Position numbers and translations under genes: made by a program. Shown piece by piece: positions 36,876 through 49,144 of a stretch of DNA of 64,000 bases. Positions within the stretch are counted from its first letter, which is position 1. Each line of letters begins with the position of its first letter. Source of the DNA: Ancylonema sp. (Eukaryota); contig JBFLGF010000136.1 of assembly GCA_050230475.1 (NCBI GenBank), forward strand, positions 1 to 64,000, written 5' to 3'. The notes under the pieces were generated by a model. The model was not told where the DNA came from, did not search any database, and was given only the letters and a program-made list of their open reading frames with translations.

Positions 36876-37830
36876 GGGCATCTCTTATGACGAGTCACTT
36901 AACACTATTTTCGTTACGCTTAGCGAGGTAATCATTACCCTGTATTTAAGTGGGTTCCACTTAGCTTTCCTCTTAAACGGGGGTATCTCCGGCTTCGAAA
37001 TTAAGTGGAGCGGCGAGGACGCCACCCTTGTGGCCGTAAAAATGGTAACGCAAAACTGACTAAAATTTCCGTGCGGGAGCACATGTGCATCTGCCACGTC
37101 AGCCTGTTCGTTTTTCGTCGGCCTCTCGTTCTCCTCCTTCTGTCGGAGCTGCTTTCACGATTTACCTGCTCTTCGTCAATTCTTCTTCGATGTGACAGCG
37201 GAGATATACATATTGCTCGTACTTTCCATATATTTTTGAATAAGTTTACAAAAACCATTTTTAACGATTAACAAATGTACAGTACTGGAAATTGTAATAT
37301 AGCCGAAATGTCGCGCGAATGGTGATAGACGCTCGAAAGTATATCAATTTCTCTTTTTTTTTTTCCCAACAAGCGATCGCTTGCTTAAGAAATCGATCTG
37401 TGAAAATTTCAAAATTAATGGTAGAGAATCCACTCGACGCTAGCAAATCGTGTTGGCGACTCTGATGGTGAGGTCGGAGGGATTTCAGCCATGGTGTTGC
37501 CCTTGCTCCCTGTCTCTAGAATCCAGTGACGCGACAAACACGAACGATTGACTTCAGCTACGCGCTGCTATTGGCGCTGCTCAGTGTTCACGCATGTAGG
37601 CTACGCGGCCGTACGCGTGGGATTTTCCACTTAATGAGCAATTAAGCGAAAATTTGAAGTGGTCTGAAAATCCACTTAACACGGCGCCTCTTAAGCGGTT
37701 TAGTTTTCTGATATTTTATGGCTATAAGGGTTGGATTTTAACGCGAAATTGCTGAATGCTGACCCGCTTAGGGCGCAAATCCACTAAGCGGAACTAAAAC
37801 AGGTTAAGCGACTCGTCATAAGGGATGCCC
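36876..37830. mobile_element. PIF/Harbinger (Tourist-like) non-autonomous element
   Basis: 28-bp TIRs GGGCATC(T/C)CTTATGACGAGTC(A/G)CTTAAC (26/28). TSD TTA at 36873-36875 and 37831-37833. Confidence 0.9.
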
Positions 37831-37919
37831 TTAGAGCCCTCGAATAATATCTCCTAGATATCGTAACCCTCAATCTTGTACAACTCTCGCTATAGTGACG
37901 AGTAATCATGCCGTGTTAC

Positions 37920-38186
37920 TAGGGTGGGACCCAACCGCCAGAATCCCTACAGTTGGCGGTTGGAAAACCGCCAACCGTCTCCAACCATTGTCCCACCGCT
38001 CCAACCATCACCCGACCGTTCAACCGCCATCCAACCCCCAAACAAGCCAATCCGCCCAACTGCCGACGGGTGGACTGCTAAAAACGTGTAAGCAGGATCG
38101 CCGGATTGACAATCGTTCAGTACACCGTCCCACCGTCCGATGCCGTCGATTCCCGTCGTGCGGTTGGCGGTTGGTTTCCCACGCTA
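37920..38186. mobile_element. hAT-like MITE, copy 2
   Basis: TIRs TAGGGTGGGACCCAACCGCCA ... TGGCGGTTGGTTTCCCACGCTA. TSD CGTGTTA(C/T). Confidence 0.8.
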
Positions 38187-38197
38187 CGTGTTATTGT

Positions 38198-38430
38198 TAG
38201 GGTGCGGGGAGCCCGGAGCCCAATGAGCCCGGAGCCCACAAGATCCGGGCTCATTGAGCCCGGAGCCCAAAGGTTGGAAAAATCCTAGCCCAAGGAGCCC
38301 AGATCGGAGCTCAAAGAGGCTGGAGCCCGGATCGGAGCCCGGAGCTCGGAGCTCGGAGCCCAAAACTATTGGGCTCGTTTGGGCTCATCTGGGCTCATTT
38401 GGACCCATTTGGGCTCGTTTGGGAGCGAAA
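38198..38430. mobile_element. Left end of a hAT-like element with GAGCCC/GGGCTC subterminal repeats
   Basis: Begins TAGGGTG, followed by about 15 GAGCCC/GGGCTC/GAGCTC motifs. Confidence 0.6.
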
Positions 38431-39453
38431 TCAATAACTAGGAAAAAAAGGTTGAGGGTCTAAGTGACTCACGATGTATGTTTCTATGCCGCCGACTCAT
38501 TGCTTCAGTGATGACTTCATTGTTCAGTTTGTGACCAACGATCTATCGATCATACGATTTATTTGTACAGCAATACATCATCACTGACGTTCGCTATTTT
38601 TGTTGTGCTGCCCAAAAATATTTGTGTGTGAGCTGTAGACAATTAGGGAGCAGACATGGTCGACAAAAACATAGATCCGGAGCTTGCCGACGGTTTGCTT
38701 GCAAGAAGCAGAGGATAGTCTAAAGGAAAAACAGGACCTACAAAACGAGCAAAAGGAGTAGATGTATATAAAATACTCGTGGAAATATCATTTCCGCCAA
38801 CGTCCTAGACTTGATAAGAAGACAGATCACGAGAAAGCTAATTCACGGTCTATCAAGCAGTTTGTTTGCAATGCGTAACCGGACGATGACGTCGACGAAA
38901 GCGATGCCACATCTTTTATGGGGGAGAAGCGTCCATTAAAAGAGGTCTTCATGTCTAATTTAGGTGCTATGGAGTTCACCGAATTTTACCTCTCATATTG
39001 AATTATATTTATTGAGCTCTATTGGAAGTAGACTAAGTAGTCTTAGTAGCCTCAAACGCTAGGAGTTGGTGCAATATTTGGTGTGATATATATGTATTTC
39101 ACACGATTGATCAATATAAATGTTTTGTATCACTTTCACTCACTTGTCACATATATGTGCCGGAAAGATATTTGGTTCCAGAGGCACGCACTCTATCTTG
39201 TTTTTTTCTAAATATTGTTCGTTAGGGAAATAGTAAACGCTCCTATGCAGTCTCGAACATCAATGGAAACATGAAGATGGAAAATGAAAGATAACTACCA
39301 TGCCAATCACTCCTAGTGATCCAAGTGCACATGATAAGTAATGTAGTACACAAATATGACTTTGAAGTTGTCAACCTCACGGAAAACACTTAGGATTTTT
39401 TCAATTCTCAATTATAAATGATCAATAGTATGATGAAGATGGTGTGCTATTAG

Positions 39454-39918
39454 TGTTAGGGGCGGATGCAAAGGCGTCTTGAGTAAGCAAGTTGCAAAAT
39501 GCACACAAGCAACAAGATGGCGAAAGGCCGGATAGGACAAGATGGCGTGGGCCGGATGGAATGGTTGTGTTGTAATAATGACAACTCAAGATGGGTGCAA
39601 TTACATGAGTTGATAGGAATGTTCTAGAGGCATTCCTATCGGCTAGATATAGGAAAGTCGGCCCTAGCCGACTCTAGGAACAATGTGGGATATCTAACTC
39701 AAAGTCGGCTAAGTACACAACAGAATCAGGCTAAAGGCACAATTTCCATGGCTAAGGACACAACAGAATCTTCCCCAGGGCCAGGTGGCCGCTAGGGACA
39801 CAAGTCTCACTATGAAGGGGGAAAACTCGCTATAGGGAAATATGCTCTAGTAGCGATCTAGCGCTAAGTGTGGGGACCCCGCTAGGGATCCCTAGTGACT
39901 GTAACGAGGGTCCTAACA
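39454..39918 (-). repeat. Solo LTR with 5-bp TSD
   Basis: TGTTAGG...CCTAACA flanked by ATTAG at 39449-39453 and 39919-39923. Confidence 0.92.
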
Positions 39919-40686
39919 ATTAGCTACCCGTATTGGACTACATACCTCGTCACTAGGGACCTTGCGGAGTGATTTACTTTTCTTAATCCCTAATCACAGA
40001 GCCCGTCACCGTCTAGTCACCCAATCTTCGACCCGAACCTTGCCGCTGGCCTGCTGGTGGTATCCCCCTAGCTGAAATCGTTCTGACATCACACGCTCAG
40101 ACGCTGACACGATTTGCCCGCCCTCAATGCCTTCTTCTCCGTTTATTTTGAAAATATATAGAGATCGATAGCCCTAGCAAGCAATTACCCTCTGTCAAAA
40201 AATCAGGGAAAAAAATGTGGTTTTCCGTAGTCTTTCACTAGTCGCGCGTTTTTGGGGGTCATGTTACTATTTTTAACACTGTAAAAGATTGGAATGACAA
40301 AAAAAAAAAAAAAAAAAAAAATCTGAAAGGTATGACATTTACGCTTTATATGAATATCTCCGCTTTAAATTTGGTTTTGAATCAATGTAGGGCGGATAAA
40401 TCGTAGACTGATGGCCGGTTCTGAGAGGAACGAACGCTAGGTGACGCGAGGAGCAGGTGGAGGAGGAGACAACCAGCCGGGGTTCTGAGTTTCGCTGATG
40501 TGGCATTCGATTGATCGGCTGCTGTCTGTACATTATAATATTTTAAGTTAGACGGCCATAATAAAATTTTCAATCTAACATGCGAGATACGAGTTAGAAT
40601 TCGGCCGCTTTGGGGTCATTTTGAACCCGAAAGTACACCCTTAGTCGGGTCTAGTTAGTCTGCCATAAGATATGCTCTAACTTAGA

Positions 40687-40751
40687 AAGTAGTCCGACCA
40701 TAGTTGACGCTCTTAGAGCCTCTAAGAGCATCAACTATGGTCGGACTACTT
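40687..40751. repeat. 65-bp near-perfect palindrome (back-to-back Harbinger-like ends)
   Basis: AAGTAGTCCGACCATAGTTGACGCTCTTAGAG-C-CTCTAAGAGCATCAACTATGGTCGGACTACTT, one mismatch. Confidence 0.85.
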
Positions 40752-40918
40752 ATGAAGGACAACTCGACGAGTAGTCCACTTTAACCGCCCGAGTTGTCCT
40801 CGCGGACTAGCTGCCATTGGGGCATTGGCTCGCCAAATTTTGTCGCCGCACTATGGTCAGAGCATAGCTTATGGGACTGAGGATTCGTCGACTTTGGTTG
40901 GGGAGACCCCCTAAATTA

Positions 40919-43900
40919 CCGTACTTGGCACCGTAAATGATTTTTAATGAATTATTGAAACCCGAAAGTAATCATTTATATTAATACCTATGAGGTCCGA
41001 ATCATCAACAAGAAATCATTGATATTAATACCACTTCTGGATTTGTTTTGAATTTTGTATGTAGGCTTCAAGAAATCATTGCTAAAAATCATCAATTATA
41101 ACTACCGGATTCCCGGAATCTTTATTAAAAATCATTAACAAAGTAATTCGTTTTGAAAAAACAGAAATCATTTACGGTGCCCAGTTTAAGCTTTTTAGTG
41201 AATAGACGTGCAGAAGATTTGGTGGGCGACGAAACGAACCGTACGAAAAATGATCTCTATCACTGATGATCAACGAGACAGGATTTGGTGTGCCGACGGT
41301 CGGTACAATTGACCGTCGGCCTATCGCTGAGTGACAACTCATCTCGTGTCAACGGCACATGCCGGACACTCTGACATGACTAAATCAAACCAATCAAGAA
41401 CCATCTAGACCACACGTGCCAATAACGACTCTAAGTCGTCGTCAACAGATCAGGTGCCCGGACATAAGTCCGGCCCCTCAATATAAGCACACCCTAGGAA
41501 TCCTACCGGCTACACTAACCGGTAGTCCGGACTAGCACACTAGCAAACATGGCTATCCGATATAATTCCTACAAACCCCCTCGGATGCCATGCCAAGTTT
41601 GGCATTGAGTCAGCACCAAGGGACTACCCTATCTACAGCTAAGTCATGGCGAAACCATTGCATAGCCCATGGGATAGTAAGGTCTTCCCTAGGCATACAA
41701 GCGTGCTAGGGGGCCCTATATAAAAAACACAGCCGATCGGAAGCCGATCGGAACTCCAGAAGTCGATAGCTCCAGATCCTTAGTCTTTTTTCGGGCCGAA
41801 GCCCTGAACATGGCAATACAAAAATGACCAAAAAAGTCAACTTTCTACTTAAGAAAAATATTTTTAACTTTTTCAACTGCAATTTTCAACCGAATAACTT
41901 TCCAGAAATATTTCAAAACATCATAACTTTCTCAAAACTTTACCAAATCAACTGAAATTTTGACACAACATTTTTAACACATATGAAAACACACACTGTA
42001 GAATTCATGAACAACTGACAACTCTAAATGCAAGCAGATCTGCACTTTTTCAGGTGTCCTTAAGTGTTTTCAGGGCAGAAAAAAGAGTGTGACTTAGCTG
42101 GATAGACGAGCGTTGTTGAGCCCTCCACAGGTGCATTCTGCAAGAAGAAAACAGAACATACACCCCCTGCCAAACATAGCATGGCAGCCGAAACCTCCTA
42201 TAAATTAATGTGACACCCCCACTTCAGTATAACCTCCCAAAACTTATAGACTTTCCGTGTCTGTCAAGCAAGACCTGTGGAAGAGCCTTAGTGAACATAT
42301 CGGCTGGTTGATTGGCCCCTGCCAGATGCACATACTTCAGCGTGCCAGTTCTGTGACACTCCCTCACCCAGTGGGACACCACATTGAAATGCTTGGCTTT
42401 CTGGCGCTGGACTGGGTTCTGGATCATTGAGAGTGCGGCTGTTGAGTCACTGTAAACTGTAATTTCATTAGGGAGTTTGAGCTCATGCAGGAGCGACTTC
42501 AGGTAACAGTATTCCTTAGACACACTACAGGCAGCAATATATTCAGCCTCTGCTGTACTCTGTGCCTGTAGACTATTTCTGTGACTTCCAACGCTCAAAG
42601 CAGTTCCCCCAACAGTAGTGACCCACCCTGTGACCGACTTCCCAGTCATACTGCAGCTGTTCCAACTAGCATCACAGTACCCCCTGATCTCCTCTAACCT
42701 CTTCTGCCTCACGTAGCATATTTCGTGATCCACTGTTCCCCTTAAATATCTGAACAGTTGGTGTAAGGCTTTGATGTGAGCAGTCCCAGGATTCCCCATG
42801 TGTTTTTCCAGTACCCCCAGTGCATGTGCAATATCCGGTCTGGTGTGTTTCGTTGCATAAATGAGTGACCCAATTTTTCCCCGGAATTCAGTTATCTGTT
42901 CAGGTGTAGGGGGAGTTAGAGGTTCATCCTCTTCGTGAAATGTCAGCCCAAGTGGTAAGGGTAGTTTGATAGGGTTACAGTTTGCCATCCCAAAACGTTT
43001 CAAAACTTGTCTTATGAACCCTCCCTGATGCAATGTGAGCACCCCCTGTTGTGTGTCCCTTTTCACTTCCACCCCCAGGATATGGGTTAGGGCCCCAAGA
43101 TCCTTCATTTTAAATTTCCCGTACACTTCCTGTTTGAATGCTTTAATGACCAACTATCAGTTTGGACCAACTATCACTTGATCATCTATATTGATCCCCA
43201 CTTTGATTCGTGAGTGTCCTATCCCCCTGGTGTATATGCATGTGTCCATGACGCACTGTTTGAACCCTATACTAAGCATGAAGGCTGTGAACATCTCACC
43301 CCAAACCTTGCTACTTTGTTTCAGTCCGTACAATGTCCCCCTCATTCTCAAAACTTTTCCCTCAGCCCCTCCCACAATCTCCATGAACGGTGGAATTTTC
43401 ATATATACTTCTTTCGTCAGTCTTCCGTGCAAGAAAGCAGTTACCACGTCCATTTGTTCAATTTCCCAACCCTCCTGATTCGCGATAGCTAGTAGAAGAG
43501 AGATAGATGTACTATCTACTACAGGTGCGAATATTTCCTTACAATCCACTCTTTCTTGTTGTAAGAAACCCTGGGCGACCAGTTTGACTTTATATCTTTC
43601 AAGGGCTCCCATGGGTGTGTATTTGATTTTGAATACATATTTACACCCCACAGCCCTTTTACCTGGCGGAAGTTTACACACCTCGAAGGTGTTGAAGTCC
43701 CCCAAGCTTTTTAGCTCCTCCTTGATGGCAGCTAACCACTGATCCCAGTCTGGCCTTGTCATGGCCTGGTTCAGCGTCAAAGGGTCGGAGGAGTCAGCAG
43801 ACATGCCCACCATGCAGAATCCAGGGTCAGAGGGGCCGTTGAAGCCTGTGAAGAAGCACGTTGCCTCCCACTCCTCGTCTTGAATAGCTGCTTCCAGCGC

Positions 43901-46900
43901 CTGGTCATCGAACTCCTCCCCATCATATCACAGTGTGTCCCCATACTGGGCAAAGTTGGCTCTCCGTCTGGCCATCACCCTATCAGCTATGCTGCCTGGC
44001 TCCCCCACCTCTGGGTTCGCACCCCTTCCTTGCATCTCCTCCTCCCCTGCGTCTCCACCTCCTGCATTGTTGATCCCAAACTGGCTATCAGAGAGCTCAA
44101 TCGCAATGATGGGGACCTCAGCAGCTTGTGGCTGGAAGTCGTCGTGCTGAAGATTGTTGGCAGCTGCTCGCGGTGGGGCTGCTGGAGCTGCTGGCGCTGG
44201 CATTGGTGGCACGACTGCTGGCATGATGGGGGGAGCTGATGTTGCTGGCACAACTGCTGCTGCTGGTTCATCTTCGGTGTCGGGGAACAGATAGAAGAAG
44301 TGTTTTTCTGCTGTAGCCTCAACCTGGGGAGCCCTCCCCCCCATCAGTTTCGGGCACCCCGGCACCTCCTCGAAGAACCGCACGTCCGTGCGTGCTATCA
44401 CCCCCACCCTATGAGGGTCGAACACGTTGTAACCTGCACTCCCCGCAACCATCCCCAGAAACACACCAAAACAAGTGCGAGGGGAAAACTTGTCCCCTTG
44501 CCTGTTCTTTTCTGCCCCAACTTTTAAATATTGCACCAGACACCCAAAGTTATGACTTTTGTTCATTTTTAACATCTTTCCCTCCGAGACTTCAATGGGT
44601 ATTTTGCCAGCGAGCGACTTAGTTGGTGTTCTGTTTCTCAACCAGTTTGCATGCAAGAGTGCGACATCCCAATAAGACTTCGGTGAACCTGACCAAATCA
44701 GTATGCAACGCATCTTTTCTATCAAAGTTTTGTTCAGTCTCTCACATATGCCATTCTGCTCAGGACTGTATGCATCTATGGTTTGTTTATCAATACTCTT
44801 CCCCCCACAGTAGTTCATCCAGTCTTGAGACACATACTCCCCACCCTTGTCTGTCTTGATAGACTGTAGTGGCAACCCTGACTGTACCTCGAGCAACTGT
44901 CTAGTGACCTTTGCTCGGTCTCAATGCTTCATCTTTTGTTTTCAGTAGATTGACAAATGACAGACGTGTGGACACCTCAATTCTTGTCTTTGCATATGTG
45001 AAACCTCCATTAGCAGACCTAATAGAAAGAGGTCCAATCAGATCCAAGTGAATGCGTCCCATCTTGGGGCATGTCCCCAGATCTTCGCTGGCCTTGGCGT
45101 GACTGAACTGACTCATTTTTTCCTGACAGCAAACTTGACAACCCTTGACCTCAGCTAATTCATCTGAACTTAACTTAGGGATGTCCCCACGTCTGACAAA
45201 ATCTGACATTACATCAGCACTAGGGTGACCCAGTTTGTGATGCCAGATCATGCTTGTGGATAAGTTTGTTGTGGTATTGTGAGACCCAGGCATGATGATG
45301 GTAGCAGCTAGCAAAGTGAGACCACTAGGCTATTCAACCACATCTGCCCATTTCACATTCCCCTTTTTCAATTCTGGACCCGTGGGCAACTGTAAGAAGC
45401 TCAGCCCACCTCTTTTTACGAGGCATGATGTCGACACGAGGGTGCAGGCAAAGGTAGGGACGTGGATCGAGTTGAGAGGCTGCACGAAGAACGAGCTGCC
45501 GTTTTTGACTCGGATGTGCACGAAACCCGTGCGTGCCACCTTGTGCGATGAGCCGTCAGCAGTGGTGATGAAGGCTCTTTGCGTGCTCAGGGTCGGGATG
45601 TACTCGACGAAATGTTCACGCTCGGTGAAGATCTGGTCAGTAGCCCCTGAATCCAGGAGAAGAGACTCTTTGTGAGAACCAGCAAACAAAGCTCGGGCAA
45701 CATCAAATGAGAATGCACCAAAAGCAAGATAATCCACATTGGCATCGAAAGGTGTGTCAACAAAGCGAGCAAGTCTAGCCTCTGGTGCTTCAGCCTTTCG
45801 AGAAGCCTTTGGGTTCATCAATGCCATATCAGATGCTCGATGCACGTTTTCTACATTTGTCAATTGAATGCCCAAGATTGTTGCAATATCTGCACTTGAT
45901 CTTCCCCCCTGAATTTCCTTGATGTGCGTGTCCGACATTCGCAGCTGCTGGCGATGCTGCAGGGCACTCAGCAGCTCTATGGCCTGCTTGGTGGCACCTG
46001 TGGCATTTCCAAGCTCCGGCATGGCCTCCGCCAACGGGCTGGTGAAGAACAGTTTGCCCTGATGTGGCCGAATTGGTAGCAGTTGAAGCATTCGACGCCA
46101 CCACACGTCTCTGCGACCAGCTCCAGTCGCACCACCAGATATGCTGCTACCTCCAGCTCCGTTTCCCCCCCCAGGTCCACCTTAATGCGCTTGGTGACCT
46201 CCAGGCAGCGCCCCCCTTTTACGCTCATTCAGCTCCTTCCTCACGTCGTCGCGCAGCAGCGCACTCACGCTGTGGGGAATCGTGAAGAGGTGTGGTGACG
46301 ACTCGGACCACGGCTCAGCGTTGAGACCATCGGGTTGTAATGCGTGTTGTGTCAAGAGTTCAGCAGGTTGATCGCCTGCTTCGTCGGAGATACTGGCGCC
46401 CCCAAATTCTTCAGATCCTGGTGCAGCTGCTGAAGACGCTTGACGTATACGTCGTTGAGGTCTTCCGCCTCTGTCTGTATGATCGCGCTCAGCAGTGCTT
46501 CCGTATTTGCGATCTCGATCGCACCCTGCACCTGGCCTGAATGTCCTCAGGGCATCCCACATTCCGGCAGCTGTGTCGTGCAGTCCGTGACGTGCGTCAG
46601 CTCCGAAGGACCTAGGTGCTTCACAATGTACGACATAGCAGCCAGATTGTTCTTCATCCCATTTCTCCAGCCCAGCAGCTGCTGGAAAATCTGCTGCTGT
46701 CTGACCAATATTTCTCGACATCCACGTCGATCCCCTTGGCGGCAAATTGCAGCTCGTTGTCAGGTGTCAATGGAAGGATAAAACGTCTGGGCGACACTTT
46801 CTCGCGGCAAACTGTCCCAATCCATCACCAAACGATGCAGTTTCTTGTCCGCCAGCCCATACTTGACCTTGAAGGCCCATCCTGTATAATCAGCTCCAGT

Positions 46901-47670
46901 AAATTGAGGGATTTGCGACCTATCCGACATTGTGGCAGCTATTGTTTAGGATTTCACAAAATTTCTCGCTGAGCTCGAGTTCTCAGTGCAATTCCTGCAC
47001 TGCAGCACTCAGCTCAAAAACTTGCAGCGCAATGTCAAAATTATGTGCAGCACTTAACAACTACGAATATATTTGCGCTCACAGGCAGAATATACCGTTC
47101 ACAGAGATTACCGCAGCGAAATCGCGTGGAGCCTTCTTTAGTTTTTAACCAACACGGCGTCTGAACTAGAACGCACGTGGGCCCAGAACCTATAAGCTTT
47201 TGAGTGATTAGACGTGCCGGAATAATTAGGTGGGCGACAAAACGAACCGTACGCAAAAGGATCTCTATCATCACTGATGATCAACGAGACAGGAGTTGTG
47301 TGTGTGGAACGAATTATTAGTGTGATTGCATCAGGGATGGTAATACCCGATGCGCTTTACAGATTGTTGTGTGCCGACGGTCGGCACAATTGACCGGCCT
47401 ATCCATTGACGACAGCTCTTCTACATGTCAACCGGCACATGCCGGAGGACATTTCTGACACGACTAAACAAGCCACTCACGACGCGTCTACCAAATAACG
47501 TCTCTAAGCGTCGGAAACATGTCAGGTGCCCGGGCACAAACTTGCCCGGCCCCGCATACAGGCACATCTAGAATATTGCTCCCGGCCGGCCGGTTAGAGG
47601 ACTAGCAAGCATAACATATGGCTATCCAAAATATTCTAACAACTACAGGTGCGAATATTTCCCAGTACGG
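40919..47670. mobile_element. Tc1/mariner-like MITE (40919-41185 plus 47662-47670) split by a Copia insertion in its right TIR
   Basis: TA|CCGTACTTGGCACCGTAAATGATT ... AATCATTTACGGTGCCCAGT [Copia] CCAGTACGG|TA. AAATCATT repeats inside. Confidence 0.75.
41187..47641 (-). mobile_element. Near full-length Ty1/Copia retrotransposon (LTRs 47193-47641 and 41187-41573)
   Basis: PBS GGTTCTGGGCCCA (47190-47178); gag with three knuckles; PR LLLDSGATDQI; WHHKLGHP; IN KTDKGGEY..PEQNGICERLN; RT and RNaseH (43813-42224). TSD CCAGT. Confidence 0.93.
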
Positions 47671-48224
47671 TAATCGAATCCCCAACCAACATGAAAATAA
47701 ATCGTCAAATCGCTGCTTATCGGAACCAAAGTGATTTGAGAATCCAATTTGAAAATCGTCAAAAGGATTTTCCTAAGAATTTGGGGCATGAATTCTCAAG
47801 AAAATCAATCCGAGGATTTCCCGTGGGGATTTGTCAGCCAATCACAGCAGAGCGACCATTCGAAAAAGGACGCTGTCCGTACGCCAAAATTTAAGTTACA
47901 CAACTCCCGCAGCCAATAGGACACATCTATTCCCGCGAGTATCTACACAATCTAAGCAACTTCGTGTGTGACGCGTTGGATGCCGTATATCGGCCCGGAA
48001 GGTTATTTTGCACCGTTGATATGTAAAACGCTAATGATTGATCAGGTTCGATAATTCATTTACTGCCACCGTGGCACGGAATTCAGAGATCGGCGGAGCT
48101 CTCGTAAGTAGTACGAGGAGGCAGACCGTACAAATTCACATATTTCCGGTTGGGGATTTCGGAAAAGCCGTACAATTCGCGTACATTTCTCCCCAACCAA
48201 ACTCGGCGAATCCTCAGTCCCATA

Positions 48225-48440
48225 CCGTACCAGCCAGAGATAATGCGCCAAAAAATCGGAAAATTAATCATTAATAGTAGGCTCCAAACAGTTGCGCCAA
48301 CCAAATTTGAATTGATTGGTACGCGCCAAGAGTGTGCGCCAGGCAAATTTTAATTACTAAAAATGATCCAAAAAATAGTTGCGCCAAGTGTTTTCCTTAT
48401 TAATTTATATGATCCAATCCAACTTGCGCCGTTATATAGG
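48225..48440. mobile_element. Mariner-like MITE end (TA|CCGTA) with GCGCCA repeats
   Basis: Interrupts the Harbinger-like end at CCCATA|CCGTACC. Several TGCGCCAA motifs. Confidence 0.45.
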
Positions 48441-48629
48441 GACATGCGGGAGCTTTCAAACCTTGGGTTCTCGGCTCCTCGATCCAGCGACCTTTCAAAC
48501 TCGGCCAAAGACCGCTTTCCGTACACGAGTCCGGAGTTCCACAGCTCAAAACCCGGGGGTGTGGAGCTATTCTTCGTTACAAGCACCCTCTCGACATATA
48601 AATTATTGAAATTTGATTTTCGATGGGAG

Positions 48630-49090
48630 TGTTAGGATTTGAAGTATCGGATAGGCATACCTTGTTTGGCCTAGTCCAGACTTAGTCTAAATGCAGTTCA
48701 TCATATTAGGCATCAAGTCCTATTGTCTAGTTTAAGGAGCCGGATACACTACACCCGGGCATCCAATCGCTATTGTATAGGCGCACCCGGCGGTGTGCCA
48801 CAATTATTGTCGTTGCGAGTTAGATGCATGATTGTCGGAATGCATCCAGGGCGATGTCATGTCATGATAGGCTAGATCATGGTTAACGATTTAGTCCGGC
48901 GATAATGCGATGAACTTTATGTGTAGCGATCATTTGATTGGGCGGCGGTCGTCAATAGTTCCGACCGCCGACCGCTAGACTTGAGATTCGCCATGTACGA
49001 TCGTCGGGGTATACCAACCCGACGATTTTTAGGGATGTTACGTGATCGGTGTGCAAGGCAGTGTGATTCTTTCCGTACAAGGAACTTACG
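48630..49090 (+). repeat. Copia LTR copy (family of 17423-17850)
   Basis: TGTTAGGA..TCGGATAGGC..GGAGCCGG(A/G)TACACTACACCCGGGCATC shared with 17423-17530. Confidence 0.7.
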
Positions 49091-49144
49091 TCTCTCAGAA
49101 ATGAACAATGACAAAGTGTTGAGTTGGAAGAATAATCTTGAATC

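Noticed and set aside
38200..38430. CRISPR-like repeat array (also 3090-3665, 4500-4690, 55400-55520)
   Set aside because: Short motifs occur in both orientations with irregular spacing and no cas genes. This is typical of DNA-transposon subterminal repeats.
43154..43159. Programmed stop-codon readthrough in Copia RT
   Set aside because: Two consecutive stops mid-RT fit CGA-CAG to TGA-TAG deamination, and the paralog has sense codons there.
45800..47641. High 5'/3' LTR divergence as evidence of an old or chimeric element
   Set aside because: The gag and 5' LTR are indel-rich while pol is clean, as at 33200-34000. This may be unpolished long-read error, so dating is unsafe.
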